In this document: positions 10,682 to 20,369 of the stretch, one piece after another
Layout of the letters: each line of letters starts with the position of its first letter
How positions within the stretch are numbered: the first letter of the stretch is position 1
DNA from: an uncultured virus (IMG/VR IMGVR_UViG_2806310702_000001)
Taxonomy: Duplodnaviria > Heunggongvirae > Uroviricota > Caudoviricetes
IMG/VR virus record: IMGVR_UViG_2806310702_000001
Reading direction: 5' to 3' (one strand)
Length of the DNA: 64,000 nucleotides
Notes under the pieces: model-generated
What the model was told of the DNA's origin: nothing
Seen by the model: the letters and a program-made list of their open reading frames with translations, nothing else
Databases searched by the model: none
Position numbers and translations under genes: made by a program

Positions 10682-11083
10682 ATGAGAGAAATTAAATTTA
10701 GAGGTTATGCTTTAGAAGAATTAATTGATTCACAGTGGGTAAATGATGGTTTTGGAGTTTCAAAAGTAGAGTATTCGGATGGAACTTATTCAATATATTT
10801 AATTACATCACACGGAGAATATATAGTAGATGAAAAATCTGTAGGACAATACACAGGACTTAAAGACATAAATGGTAAAGAAATTTACGAGGGTGATATT
10901 GTTGAGGAGAGATATATAAATCCACTAACAAAAGATACTATAGTTAAGAAATTCTTAATAAAATATAGGAAAGATTGCTTTATTGCTGAATCAATTGGAC
11001 ATTCACCTTTTGGGGATACGTGGCTAAGTTTTATTAAAGAAGGTAAAGTCATAGGCAATATGTATCAAAATAAAATACGATAA
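10682..11083 (+). CDS. YopX family protein
   Basis: MREIKFRG, GQYTGLKDINGKEIYEGDIV, VIGNMYQN. Confidence 0.9.
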   Translation: MREIKFRGYALEELIDSQWVNDGFGVSKVEYSDGTYSIYLITSHGEYIVDEKSVGQYTGLKDINGKEIYEGDIVEERYINPLTKDTIVKKFLIKYRKDCFIAESIGHSPFGDTWLSFIKEGKVIGNMYQNKIR

Positions 11084-11139
11084 AACTCACATTTTAAAGT
11101 GTATACAATAATTAAAATAAATATGAATGGAGGTATTTT

Positions 11140-11361
11140 ATGTCCAATAATTTATGGGTACTTATAAGGAATATAGACTCCTTTCTCAATGCTTTACCTA
11201 AATTATGTAATTTATCATATAAAAAACATAACAAAATAAGATTACTACAATATCTATTGCCATCTATAATTTCAGTTCTCCGTAATAAATACCTATATCC
11301 AAGACACGCAAGAGAATGTGATTTTAGAGCTTATATTCAATATTTATTAAAGGAGATGTAA
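11140..11361 (+). CDS. hypothetical protein
   Basis: ORF with GGAGG SD. Confidence 0.55.
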   Translation: MSNNLWVLIRNIDSFLNALPKLCNLSYKKHNKIRLLQYLLPSIISVLRNKYLYPRHARECDFRAYIQYLLKEM

Positions 11362-11362
11362 T

Positions 11363-11527
11363 ATGATACTGCAAATAGCTTTGAGTTTAATTATATTTGG
11401 ATTTCTAGCAATTATAGTATCAACTATGATTTTATTTCTACTAGCATTATTAATTCCTATAGATATTGGAATAGGAAAGCCTAATGGTATATTTTATTTA
11501 AAAATTAAAAGTAAACATAATAAATAG
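11363..11527 (+). CDS. small membrane protein (54 aa)
   Basis: AAAGGAG SD; long hydrophobic N-terminus, basic C-terminus. Confidence 0.6.
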   Translation: MILQIALSLIIFGFLAIIVSTMILFLLALLIPIDIGIGKPNGIFYLKIKSKHNK

Positions 11528-11539
11528 GAGGAATTAAAA

Positions 11540-11788
11540 ATGGATAAAAAAGCAATAAATTTAATAGGACATAACTTTAACATCACTTATCAAAGATTCT
11601 CTGACCAATATGATTTAGTTAGTATTGGTAATAATCATTATAAACAAGGATCTAAGTTTATACATATCACAGGTATTATATTGAATTTTGTTCCTAATAA
11701 AGAGGTAGTTGTTGATAGCAACAAAGGATTTGTAATTATTCCATATGCATCTATAGTATATATGGAAGAAATAAAGGAGGAGCAATAG
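11540..11788 (+). CDS. hypothetical protein
   Basis: ORF with AGGAGG SD. Confidence 0.65.
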   Translation: MDKKAINLIGHNFNITYQRFSDQYDLVSIGNNHYKQGSKFIHITGIILNFVPNKEVVVDSNKGFVIIPYASIVYMEEIKEEQ

Positions 11789-12060
11789 TCTATGGACTAG
11801 AAGTTATTTTGTTTCAACATCAGGTAATATATCAAGTGAAACGGTAAAACAATATGTAGAAAATCAAAAAAAGAGGTATTAATAAAGGAGGTGAATACTA
11901 TGGCTAAATCAAAAACATCAAGCTATATATTAACTTTAAAATTAAAAACAGAAAAGTATCAAGAAGATATATTAAATAAAAGACTAGAAATCAGCAGAAA
12001 TATATAACTCTTGTTTAGGTGAAATATTAAAAAGATATAAATATACAAGAGAATTGAAAA
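11787..12060 (+). mobile_element. IS605-type internal remnant: 3' end of Y1 tnpA (11787-11882) and frameshifted 5' end of tnpB (from 11900)
   Basis: SLWTRSYFVSTSGNISSETVKQYVENQK* is the IS200 TnpA C-terminus; then MAKSKTSSYILTLKLKTEKYQEDILNKRLEISRNI/YNSCLGE. Confidence 0.85.
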
Positions 12061-12105
12061 CTCAATTAAACAAAAACTTAATAAATATATTAAAGGAGAT
12101 GTAAT

Positions 12106-12450
12106 ATGAAAATTACATGTAATGAATTAGCGGATATTATTTATAATGAAACTTGTAGGTCATCTTGTGAGTTATTCCACAGCATAGAAGATTTGATAGA
12201 ATACTTATATGAAAATAACAATAAATCTATAGAGATTCCAAATCCATACGTAGGTACAAAATTATATGGCTTTTGTAACGGATATTTCGGCAGAGATAGC
12301 TACGAAGATAAGGTGATAGAATATATAGGAGAAGACTATATAGTTGCTCGCGATAGTAGAGATGTGGTGCTTTTAGCCTACTTTAATAATAGGAATGAAA
12401 TTGAGTATTATATAAAAAAATGGAGTGATGAGGACAATGAATATGAATAA
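12106..12450 (+). CDS. hypothetical protein
   Basis: ORF with SD; GFCNGYFGRDSY motif. Confidence 0.7.
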   Translation: MKITCNELADIIYNETCRSSCELFHSIEDLIEYLYENNNKSIEIPNPYVGTKLYGFCNGYFGRDSYEDKVIEYIGEDYIVARDSRDVVLLAYFNNRNEIEYYIKKWSDEDNEYE

Positions 12451-12540
12451 AAGAAATAGCAAATGTACAAGCAATTATAGAATGGTATAAAGCTATATAG
12501 ATATGCTAATAATGAATTTAAATAGAGGGAGGATATATTT

Positions 12541-12765
12541 ATGAAAGTGTATGTTATTGAATACGATTTTACAAAAAATCTTTATTGTATTAGAGACAAT
12601 GAAATAGAGCATAGAATAGAAACATTTAATGAATTACAAATAGGAGATTTTATTGATCGTGTAAAAGTAATAAAAGGCAATGAAGGTATTTATAATAATA
12701 ATATAAAAGTCTATAGTGGAGAAATTGAAGAAGTTGATATTGATAAGGTATTAAATCCATTTTAA
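12541..12765 (+). CDS. hypothetical protein
   Basis: ORF with GGGAGG SD. Confidence 0.65.
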   Translation: MKVYVIEYDFTKNLYCIRDNEIEHRIETFNELQIGDFIDRVKVIKGNEGIYNNNIKVYSGEIEEVDIDKVLNPF

Positions 12766-12829
12766 CTTAGTATAAAATTGCAATTCTAAAAATGTAACAA
12801 AATTAAATTAAAAATATTTTAAAAAGTAG

Positions 12830-12858
12830 TTGACATTTTAAAATAAAAATGATAATAT
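12830..12858 (+). promoter_or_regulatory. sigma-A-type early promoter
   Basis: TTGACA-17-TAATAT with extended TG. Confidence 0.7.
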
Positions 12859-12944
12859 ATAAATGTACCAAAGATAACAAAGCAAAAATCACAAAGAGCA
12901 ACAAAAATAAATTAAACTAAACTAAAATAAAAGAGGGTGATGTT

Positions 12945-13244
12945 ATTCCATATGAAATAATTAGTTACATATATGAGGCCACGAAAGATTGGCAAGAAAC
13001 ATTTTCAATAATCAATGATTTTATAAGTCACATAGAATGTTATTATTCAAGTGATTTAATAAAACAATTCAAAGATCAACTAGAAGAAATATCTCAATAC
13101 AATAATATATGTCCAAACTGTGGAGGAGATATAATAACTAAAGAAGGAAAACAAAGTTATTTAGCTGAAGCGTGGGGTAAGGATATATATGAAACGGAAA
13201 CAATAAGAAAATGTAGTAACTGTGACTGGAAAGAAGATAATTAA
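12945..13244 (+). CDS. zinc-ribbon protein (99 aa) with probable ATT start; missing from ORF track
   Basis: 300-nt open frame after GAGGGTGA SD; CPNC...CSNC; fills the gap between promoter and next gene. Confidence 0.7.
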   Translation: MPYEIISYIYEATKDWQETFSIINDFISHIECYYSSDLIKQFKDQLEEISQYNNICPNCGGDIITKEGKQSYLAEAWGKDIYETETIRKCSNCDWKEDN

Positions 13245-13267
13245 CAAATGAAAGGAAGTAGTGGATA

Positions 13268-13690
13268 ATGAAAAAAGATTGGATAGTATTAAACTCTTTA
13301 AAAGAAGAATTATCAGAAATAAAAGCGTGTATAGAATTAGCAAAAGAAGATAACATTCAATTAAAAGAATATGAAATGAGAATCAAAGAGTTAGAAAATC
13401 AAATTGCACAAATGATAAATGAAATACATACAAATAAAACAAGTTTAACCAAAGAAGATCAGTTGAGATTAATAGATAAGAAACTAGCAGAATTACATAG
13501 AAAACATAGAATGTCAAATAGACAATGTAAGATTAATAGAAAGAAAAATACAAGTTATGGAGTGTGTACTAGAAAAAGAAGACAATTATTCAAGCAAATA
13601 AGCAATAAACAAGTCAGACTGGCTAAAGGATTATCAAAGAAAAGTAAGTTATATAAGAAAATATTTGATTTAGGATGGGAAATCAACTAA
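13268..13690 (+). CDS. basic coiled-coil hypothetical protein
   Basis: ORF with SD. Confidence 0.7.
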   Translation: MKKDWIVLNSLKEELSEIKACIELAKEDNIQLKEYEMRIKELENQIAQMINEIHTNKTSLTKEDQLRLIDKKLAELHRKHRMSNRQCKINRKKNTSYGVCTRKRRQLFKQISNKQVRLAKGLSKKSKLYKKIFDLGWEIN

Positions 13691-13732
13691 TAAATAGAAT
13701 TAAATTAAATATGAATATAAAGAGGTGGTTAT

Positions 13733-14479
13733 TTGCTAAAGCAAAAGTTACGCATAATTACTAATAGTAGAAAAACTAAGTTGCTATTATTGTTTATAAC
13801 TATTAGCGTATGTGTTGTAACTTCTGTACTTAGCATTGGCGAAAACGTGAATGTTGATACAGATGTTATAAATGTTACTAAAGATAAAAAGATTAAACCA
13901 ATAACAAACTTAGAAGGTGTAAGGTTAAACAATTTAGATAATCTTGCTAATGAGTGTTGTATTTATGAAATAGATAACAAACCAAATGAATTTGATATTA
14001 TGGTTAGCAACGCTCATAAGTATTTAAAAGAATTAGAAAAGGAAAAACAACAAGAGATAAAGAAGCAAAAACAATTAGAACAAAAATATAAAGACAAACA
14101 AAATCAAATAAGATTGAGTAGAGGTAGCAATAATCCATACCAAGGAAGGATATTTAATATAACAGCTAGTCATTATTCAGGTAGAGAGGAGGAAAATGGT
14201 AAGGGTAGGGCTTATAGAAATGCATTAGGCAAACCATTAACATATGAAACCATAGCAGTACCAAGAAATATTCCATTAGGGAGTTTAATCAAGTTAATAG
14301 ATAATGAAGGTAATAGTTATATAAAAATAGCACTTGATTATGGTAGTACAAAACATATTAGATGGATTGATAATAATACTATGAAAATAGATGTATGTAA
14401 GCCTTATGCAAGTAGAAAAGAAATAGACAACCTAGGCATTAAACATTATAGAGGTGAAATCGTAAGATGGGGATTTTAA
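13733..14479 (+). CDS. membrane-anchored 3D-domain-like cell wall protein
   Basis: N-terminal TM, LSRG linker, TASHY...TIAVP..IPLGS...ALDYG...KIDV. Confidence 0.7.
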   Translation: MLKQKLRIITNSRKTKLLLLFITISVCVVTSVLSIGENVNVDTDVINVTKDKKIKPITNLEGVRLNNLDNLANECCIYEIDNKPNEFDIMVSNAHKYLKELEKEKQQEIKKQKQLEQKYKDKQNQIRLSRGSNNPYQGRIFNITASHYSGREEENGKGRAYRNALGKPLTYETIAVPRNIPLGSLIKLIDNEGNSYIKIALDYGSTKHIRWIDNNTMKIDVCKPYASRKEIDNLGIKHYRGEIVRWGF

Positions 14480-14503
14480 AGTATTAATAAAGGGGTTGAT
14501 TGT

Positions 14504-14740
14504 TTGTTGGAAAATGTGAAGATTCAAGATAAGGAAAAGTTAAAAATTCACTGTAAAAGATTGAAACAATTTCAAAAGGAAATGAGGTATATAGATATGA
14601 AAAATATCGATGAATTACAAGAAGAATATGTTACATATTTAAAAAAGAATAGACCAAATGCAACTTTATCTGAAATGGATGCTATAAGTGAAGTATTCGA
14701 GTTTATGAGAAATAAGATTAAACAAGATAATAATAATTAA
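14504..14740 (+). CDS. hypothetical protein
   Basis: ORF in operon. Confidence 0.6.
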   Translation: MLENVKIQDKEKLKIHCKRLKQFQKEMRYIDMKNIDELQEEYVTYLKKNRPNATLSEMDAISEVFEFMRNKIKQDNNN

Positions 14741-14792
14741 CATTATTTAAAATACATTGTAAAATTAAATTTAAAATGGAAGGTGGAATTAC

Positions 14793-15008
14793 ATGATTAA
14801 AATAATAGGAAATGAAGGTTGTACAGCTTGTGAAATGGTAAAATATTTATTAAATAAGAAAGGGGTTGAGTATACATATGAATCATTAAGTAACTTAACA
14901 GAAGATGAAAGACAATCTCTTATAAATCAAGCCCAATCAAATAATATGACTGATTTACCATTGATATTTAAAGATGGTGTACAAATTGAAAAATCAGAGA
15001 TACTGTAA
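14793..15008 (+). CDS. nrdH: NrdH-like glutaredoxin
   Basis: CTAC active site, cis-Pro LP, next to RNR genes. Confidence 0.8.
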   Translation: MIKIIGNEGCTACEMVKYLLNKKGVEYTYESLSNLTEDERQSLINQAQSNNMTDLPLIFKDGVQIEKSEIL

Positions 15009-15022
15009 GGGTGTGAACATAT

Positions 15023-15553
15023 ATGACTAATAAAGATATATATGTAATTATACAAAGTAGCATCAATGGAGATGGATTGTATTATCCTGCTATATCAATT
15101 TATTTCAGTGGTTGTGATAAAGTACATAAATGTTTTAATTGTCATAATCCTGAAATGCAACAACTAAATTATGGATTTAAAACAAATACACATAGCTTAA
15201 TAAAAGATATAGAACAAATATTAGCATCATGGCTAAATATATATCCTACAGTAGCTATATGTTATGTTGGAGGTGAAGCCTTAGCAAAATGGAATAGAGT
15301 CGCTACATTAGAAATATCAAAGTATTTTAAAGAAGCTTATAAAGAACAGATAAAGAATATCTTTTATTCGTGGAGATACTTCGAGGATTTACAGGGGATA
15401 AAAAAATATATAAAATATATGGATTTAGGTGTGTTAGGAGAATTTAAACAGGAATTATTTCAAGAAAATCATATACCAGCGTCATCAAATCAATATATCT
15501 ATGATTTTAAAAATAACAAAAAAATAAAAGACATTATCAAGGAGGAATATTAA
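15023..15553 (+). CDS. nrdG: anaerobic RNR activase (radical SAM)
   Basis: FSGCDKVHKCFNCHNP, GGEAL, GEFK. Confidence 0.9.
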   Translation: MTNKDIYVIIQSSINGDGLYYPAISIYFSGCDKVHKCFNCHNPEMQQLNYGFKTNTHSLIKDIEQILASWLNIYPTVAICYVGGEALAKWNRVATLEISKYFKEAYKEQIKNIFYSWRYFEDLQGIKKYIKYMDLGVLGEFKQELFQENHIPASSNQYIYDFKNNKKIKDIIKEEY

Positions 15554-15554
15554 T

Positions 15555-18491
15555 ATGAATATCGAAATTACATTAAACAAAGGGTTTGAAACTAAATTAG
15601 AGGAATTAAGAGCAAAATACGGTGAAGATATGTTTGAAATAGAAGGATTAGGTAAGAAACAACTTAATACAACATTGTTCTTCGATAAGTTTATGAATAG
15701 CAATAATGTGGCAAACGCTTCTATTGATGATAATAGTAATGTATCAGACAAAAATATGACTATAATGCTTAGTGAAAGTAGAAAGCCACTAAATAAGTTA
15801 TTATCAAGAAATAAATTATACATAGAAATGAAAGAGAACTTCGGTAAACAAGTGGCAGATGAGTGGTTAGAGTTGCAAATAAACGGAGCGTTATATGAAC
15901 ATGATGCACATGATAGTTCCTTAAAACCTTATTGTTATGCGTATTCATTAAAGCCTGTTGTAGATAAAGGATTATATTTCATTAAAGACATGAAAGCCAA
16001 ACCTGCTGAACATTTAGATACATATGATAGTCATGTTTTAGAATTTATAGCTTATGCAACGAATTTGCAAAGTGGAGCAGTTGGCATACCTGACTATTTA
16101 ATATACGCCTTCTATTTTTGGAAAAAGGATATTGAAAATGGAGTTGTCACAAAAGAAAAAGCTAATAGATATAGAGAACAACATTGGCAAAAGATGTTAT
16201 TTAGTTTAAATCAACCTTATCTAAAAGGTGGAGAACAAAGTGCTTATACCAACTTCAGTATATTAGATAGAGAACATATATTAGGATTCTTTGGTATGGA
16301 GAGGTTCCCCGATAATACATTGATTATTGATTACATAGATGAAATAATTCAATATCAAAAAGACTTTTTAGACTATGAAAGAAAATTAAGATATGAAAAA
16401 TTCTTTACATACCCTGTTATATCAGCTTCATTACTATATAAAAATGATAAATTTGTAGACGAAGATATGGCGAGATTTATTAATAAACATAACATGACTT
16501 GGCAAGATGTAAATATATATAAGGCTTCAAGTATAGATGCGTTGGCTTCGTGTTGTTTTGATGGGCAACAAAAAACTCTTACAAAAAGTTCACATGGAGT
16601 TAATTACTTATCTTTTAAAGATTTGTATGATACAAAGTATAAGGATAAAGAAAGACGTAATTTTAAAATATTCCACAATGGTAATTGGGTAGAAGGTAAA
16701 CCTATAAGATTGTTACGTAACGATAAGAAAATGTATAAGATAACTACTGTAAATGATAAAGAAATTTTAGTTACGGAAGATCATATAAATGTTACAGACA
16801 AAGGTGATAAATATACAACGCAACTAACAGAAAATGATTATATAGCTTTTAATACTAGACCAACAAATGCAATACCTGAAAAAGATGAAAAATTAACTTA
16901 TGAACAAGGTGTTCTTATAGGGGCTTATTTAGGAGATGGTAACAAACAACGTAGTGAACATAAAATTCAATTAAGTATTAATGAGGAGAAATATAATATA
17001 TTAAAACCATTAATAGAAAAAGCTTTAAAACAATGGAATATTCAAGCACAATACAAATCATACACTCCACACAATAATTTTTATCCTACTGCAATTATAA
17101 GCGAAGATTTATTAAATACAGTAGAACATTGGGTTAAAGGAGATTATAGTTATAATAAACGACTTAATTTAGAAATACTACATCAATCAATAGAGTTTAG
17201 AAAAGGTATATTAGATGGCATTTACTTTACAGACGGAGGCAATTCTAATAGAATTTATACAACATCTGATTCATTAAAAGAAGATTTAGAGATATTAATT
17301 AATAGCTTAGGTATGGTTTCAATAATCAACACAACAGATAGAACTGATGAAAAAGTGATTATTAGGGGCGAAGAATTTAATAGAAACCAAAAAGGTCTAT
17401 ATAAAGTAATTAATAACACTATGTTCTTTAAAATAAAAACTATACAACAATATATATCTAATGATGAATATGTTTATTGTTTTGAAATGAAAAACATAGA
17501 AGAACCATATTTTACATTACCAAACGGTGTAATTACACATAATTGTCGTCTTACATCATCAAGCAAAGAAATTTCAGAAAATAAAGAAGTAGCTGAACTA
17601 AATGGCCATTTCAATTCAATAGGAGGATCGTCATTGTCAATCGGTAGTTGCAAGGTTAATACTATTAATATGGTTAGAATAGCATTAGAGTGTAATGGAG
17701 ATTTTAACAAATTTAAAGATATATTAAAACATAGAGTTGATATTTCACATAAATATTTAAAGGTACAAAGAGATGTAATTGCAAAAAATATTAAAAAGAA
17801 TTTACTTCCTTTATATTCACATGGTCTAATGGATATGAATAATCAATTTTCAACTATTGGGATAAACGGAATGTTTGAAGCTATAAAAATATTAGGCGGT
17901 ATAGAGACTACATCAACAGGTGTACATTACACTGATAGAGGGTTATCTATGGCAAAAGATATATTAGAAACAATAGGAGAAATGAATAAAGTCACAAGAA
18001 AACAATATGGATATAACGCTAATATAGAACAAATACCTGCCGAAAGTGCTAGTGTTAAACTTTGCAAGAAAGATAAGATATTATTTGGTGATAGAGTAAA
18101 TACATATATATACGGAAATCAATGGATCCCATTAAATGTTCAAGCCGACCTAACAGAAAGAGTTAGAGTTGCTTCAGTTTTAGATAAGGCTTGTGGTGGT
18201 GGAGTAATGCTACATATAAACCTAGGAGAAAGATTTAAAGATGAAGAACAAAGTTGGAGAATGATGAATTATTTAGCTAAACAAGGTGTTGTATACTTTA
18301 GTTTCATAATGAAAATAAATGTTTGTGAAAATGACCATAGTTTTTATGGGGATATGTGTCCTATATGTCATAAACCTGTATCAGATTCTTATATTAAGAT
18401 TGTTGGGTATTTAGTGAAACAAAGTTCTTATAAATCAGAGAGAGCCAAAGAAATGGATGAAAGAAAATTCTACAGTAATTATAATATATAA
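15555..18491 (+). CDS. nrdD: class III ribonucleotide reductase precursor containing an intein
   Basis: YCYAY, QSGAVG, SCCRL after splicing, C-terminal Zn site CENDH..CPIC and glycyl radical KIVGYL. Confidence 0.95.
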   Translation: MNIEITLNKGFETKLEELRAKYGEDMFEIEGLGKKQLNTTLFFDKFMNSNNVANASIDDNSNVSDKNMTIMLSESRKPLNKLLSRNKLYIEMKENFGKQVADEWLELQINGALYEHDAHDSSLKPYCYAYSLKPVVDKGLYFIKDMKAKPAEHLDTYDSHVLEFIAYATNLQSGAVGIPDYLIYAFYFWKKDIENGVVTKEKANRYREQHWQKMLFSLNQPYLKGGEQSAYTNFSILDREHILGFFGMERFPDNTLIIDYIDEIIQYQKDFLDYERKLRYEKFFTYPVISASLLYKNDKFVDEDMARFINKHNMTWQDVNIYKASSIDALASCCFDGQQKTLTKSSHGVNYLSFKDLYDTKYKDKERRNFKIFHNGNWVEGKPIRLLRNDKKMYKITTVNDKEILVTEDHINVTDKGDKYTTQLTENDYIAFNTRPTNAIPEKDEKLTYEQGVLIGAYLGDGNKQRSEHKIQLSINEEKYNILKPLIEKALKQWNIQAQYKSYTPHNNFYPTAIISEDLLNTVEHWVKGDYSYNKRLNLEILHQSIEFRKGILDGIYFTDGGNSNRIYTTSDSLKEDLEILINSLGMVSIINTTDRTDEKVIIRGEEFNRNQKGLYKVINNTMFFKIKTIQQYISNDEYVYCFEMKNIEEPYFTLPNGVITHNCRLTSSSKEISENKEVAELNGHFNSIGGSSLSIGSCKVNTINMVRIALECNGDFNKFKDILKHRVDISHKYLKVQRDVIAKNIKKNLLPLYSHGLMDMNNQFSTIGINGMFEAIKILGGIETTSTGVHYTDRGLSMAKDILETIGEMNKVTRKQYGYNANIEQIPAESASVKLCKKDKILFGDRVNTYIYGNQWIPLNVQADLTERVRVASVLDKACGGGVMLHINLGERFKDEEQSWRMMNYLAKQGVVYFSFIMKINVCENDHSFYGDMCPICHKPVSDSYIKIVGYLVKQSSYKSERAKEMDERKFYSNYNI
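16554..17543 (+). mobile_element. intein (330 aa) with LAGLIDADG endonuclease motifs
   Basis: Starts CFDG, block B VTEDH, LIGAYLGDG and ILDGIYFTDG, ends ITHN followed by +1 Cys. Confidence 0.93.
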
Positions 18492-18559
18492 AATTAAATT
18501 AAAAAACAATAGTGCAATCATATAAAATTGTGATTGTACTATTGAAAGGAGTGGTATTT

Positions 18560-18751
18560 ATGATAAAAATTATAGAAAATGAAGATAAAATCATCGTTAA
18601 AAAAATTAGAGAAGGATTAAAAAGAACAGGTGGTTACTGTCCATGTTCGTTAATACAAAATAAAGATACCAAATGTATGTGTAAAGAGTTTAGAGAACAA
18701 TCTAACGAAGGATTCTGTCACTGTAAGTTATATAAAAAAGTTTCAATCTAA
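18560..18751 (+). CDS. ferredoxin:thioredoxin reductase catalytic-subunit-like protein
   Basis: YCPC, CMC, CHCKLY triad; ATG 18560 after AAAGGAG. Confidence 0.8.
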   Translation: MIKIIENEDKIIVKKIREGLKRTGGYCPCSLIQNKDTKCMCKEFREQSNEGFCHCKLYKKVSI

Positions 18752-19011
18752 AATAGTTTATAGTATATTATTATTCTAAACAAAATATTAAAATTACAAA
18801 TTTGAAAGGTGGAAACTTATCAGAAAGACCTACAATAGATAGTAAAATGAAACTAAAATTCATAGAACAATTGGATATGTTGAGAAATGGAGAATATATA
18901 GAAGAATTAAAAATATCTCAATATCTAGGAGGTTATCCAATCAACGAACAGTAGACGTTCAAAAATCATTGCAACAAAATAAAGCAATACTGTATAATTG
19001 TTAATAGTGAG

Positions 19012-20352
19012 GTGGTATATATTAAGAAGCGAATCTTTACCGAAGAAGAAATGCAATATATTATACAATGTTTTTATGATAATATTGGATCAAGAGATGT
19101 CGCAAAAACGATGAATTGTTCAAAACCTTTGATACTCAACATATGGAAACAACATAATTTATATAAACAAAGAATACCACAAAACAAAATAGACTATATA
19201 TTAAGGAATACTCATAGACCATTTGTAGATGTTGCTAAAGATGCTAATTTAGCAAATGAAACTGTTAAAAAAATACTCATGGAAAATAATATTAAACTTA
19301 TATATAAAAAAACATGGTTAAAAGAGAGAAATAAAAATATCATAAAAGAATATCAACATAGCATTCCTATAACGCAAATTAGCAATAAATATAATATAAC
19401 TGATTCAATGGTGAGAAATATATTAAGAAGAACAGTTGGAGATAATTATACATGTAATCATAATCTATCACAAGAAGAAATTAATTATATCATAGAACAT
19501 TATTATGATAAGTCTTCACAGGAAATTAGCCAAATATTAAATATTCATAGAGGCACAATTACGAAGCTATGGCACGACAATGGTTTATTTGGTAAAGACC
19601 AAAGTAGACGGTATTATTGTGACTTTAATTATTTTAACAGAATTGATACGAGAAATAAGGCTTATGTTTTGGGATTTATATGTGCTGATGGGTGTGTATA
19701 TAAGAGAGATAGCCATCAAGGTTTATTACAAATAACAATTCATAAAAAGGATATAAAATTATTAAAAGATATTAATAATGAATTAAAAAGTAATTATCCG
19801 ATTAATACTTATAATGATTATATCTCTCTATCGATTACTAGCGACAAAATATTTAATTGTTTAAAAAGAATTGGTATTGAAGAAAACAAGACATGGAAAC
19901 TAAATTTAGATAAATTAAAAATACCTAATAAATATATTTTAGATTTCACAAGGGGGTATTTTGATGGAGATGGGTGTATTACGTATACAAGTAAAAGAGG
20001 ATTTATTCCATCATCGTTTAATGTGCAAATTGTAGGTAATAAACAGTTTATATTATCTTTACAGGAAAGAATAAGGTTATTGTATGATATTACAAGCAAA
20101 GCATATAAACAAACATCTAAAAAATACACACAGGAATTTTATGCATTAGATTTTATAAATACACAACAAAAATATGCATTTTTAAAATCAATATACAATG
20201 ATGTGAATTCTAGTATATTGTCACTCGATAGAAAACAAGAAAAGGCCAACAAACTTATTACCCTTATAGAAAGTAATAAAACTAATAGAAATTATAACAT
20301 AAAGGCAGTTGAGTACTTTTTATTTAATATCAAAGAAAAATTACAAATTTGA
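19012..20352 (+). CDS. free-standing LAGLIDADG homing endonuclease with N-terminal HTH repeats (start probably ATT 19021)
   Basis: KAYVLGFICADG and FTRGYFDGDG; own promoter TTGCAA..TATAAT at about 18969-18998. Confidence 0.85.
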   Translation: MVYIKKRIFTEEEMQYIIQCFYDNIGSRDVAKTMNCSKPLILNIWKQHNLYKQRIPQNKIDYILRNTHRPFVDVAKDANLANETVKKILMENNIKLIYKKTWLKERNKNIIKEYQHSIPITQISNKYNITDSMVRNILRRTVGDNYTCNHNLSQEEINYIIEHYYDKSSQEISQILNIHRGTITKLWHDNGLFGKDQSRRYYCDFNYFNRIDTRNKAYVLGFICADGCVYKRDSHQGLLQITIHKKDIKLLKDINNELKSNYPINTYNDYISLSITSDKIFNCLKRIGIEENKTWKLNLDKLKIPNKYILDFTRGYFDGDGCITYTSKRGFIPSSFNVQIVGNKQFILSLQERIRLLYDITSKAYKQTSKKYTQEFYALDFINTQQKYAFLKSIYNDVNSSILSLDRKQEKANKLITLIESNKTNRNYNIKAVEYFLFNIKEKLQI

Positions 20353-20369
20353 AAGGTGGAAATTGAATT

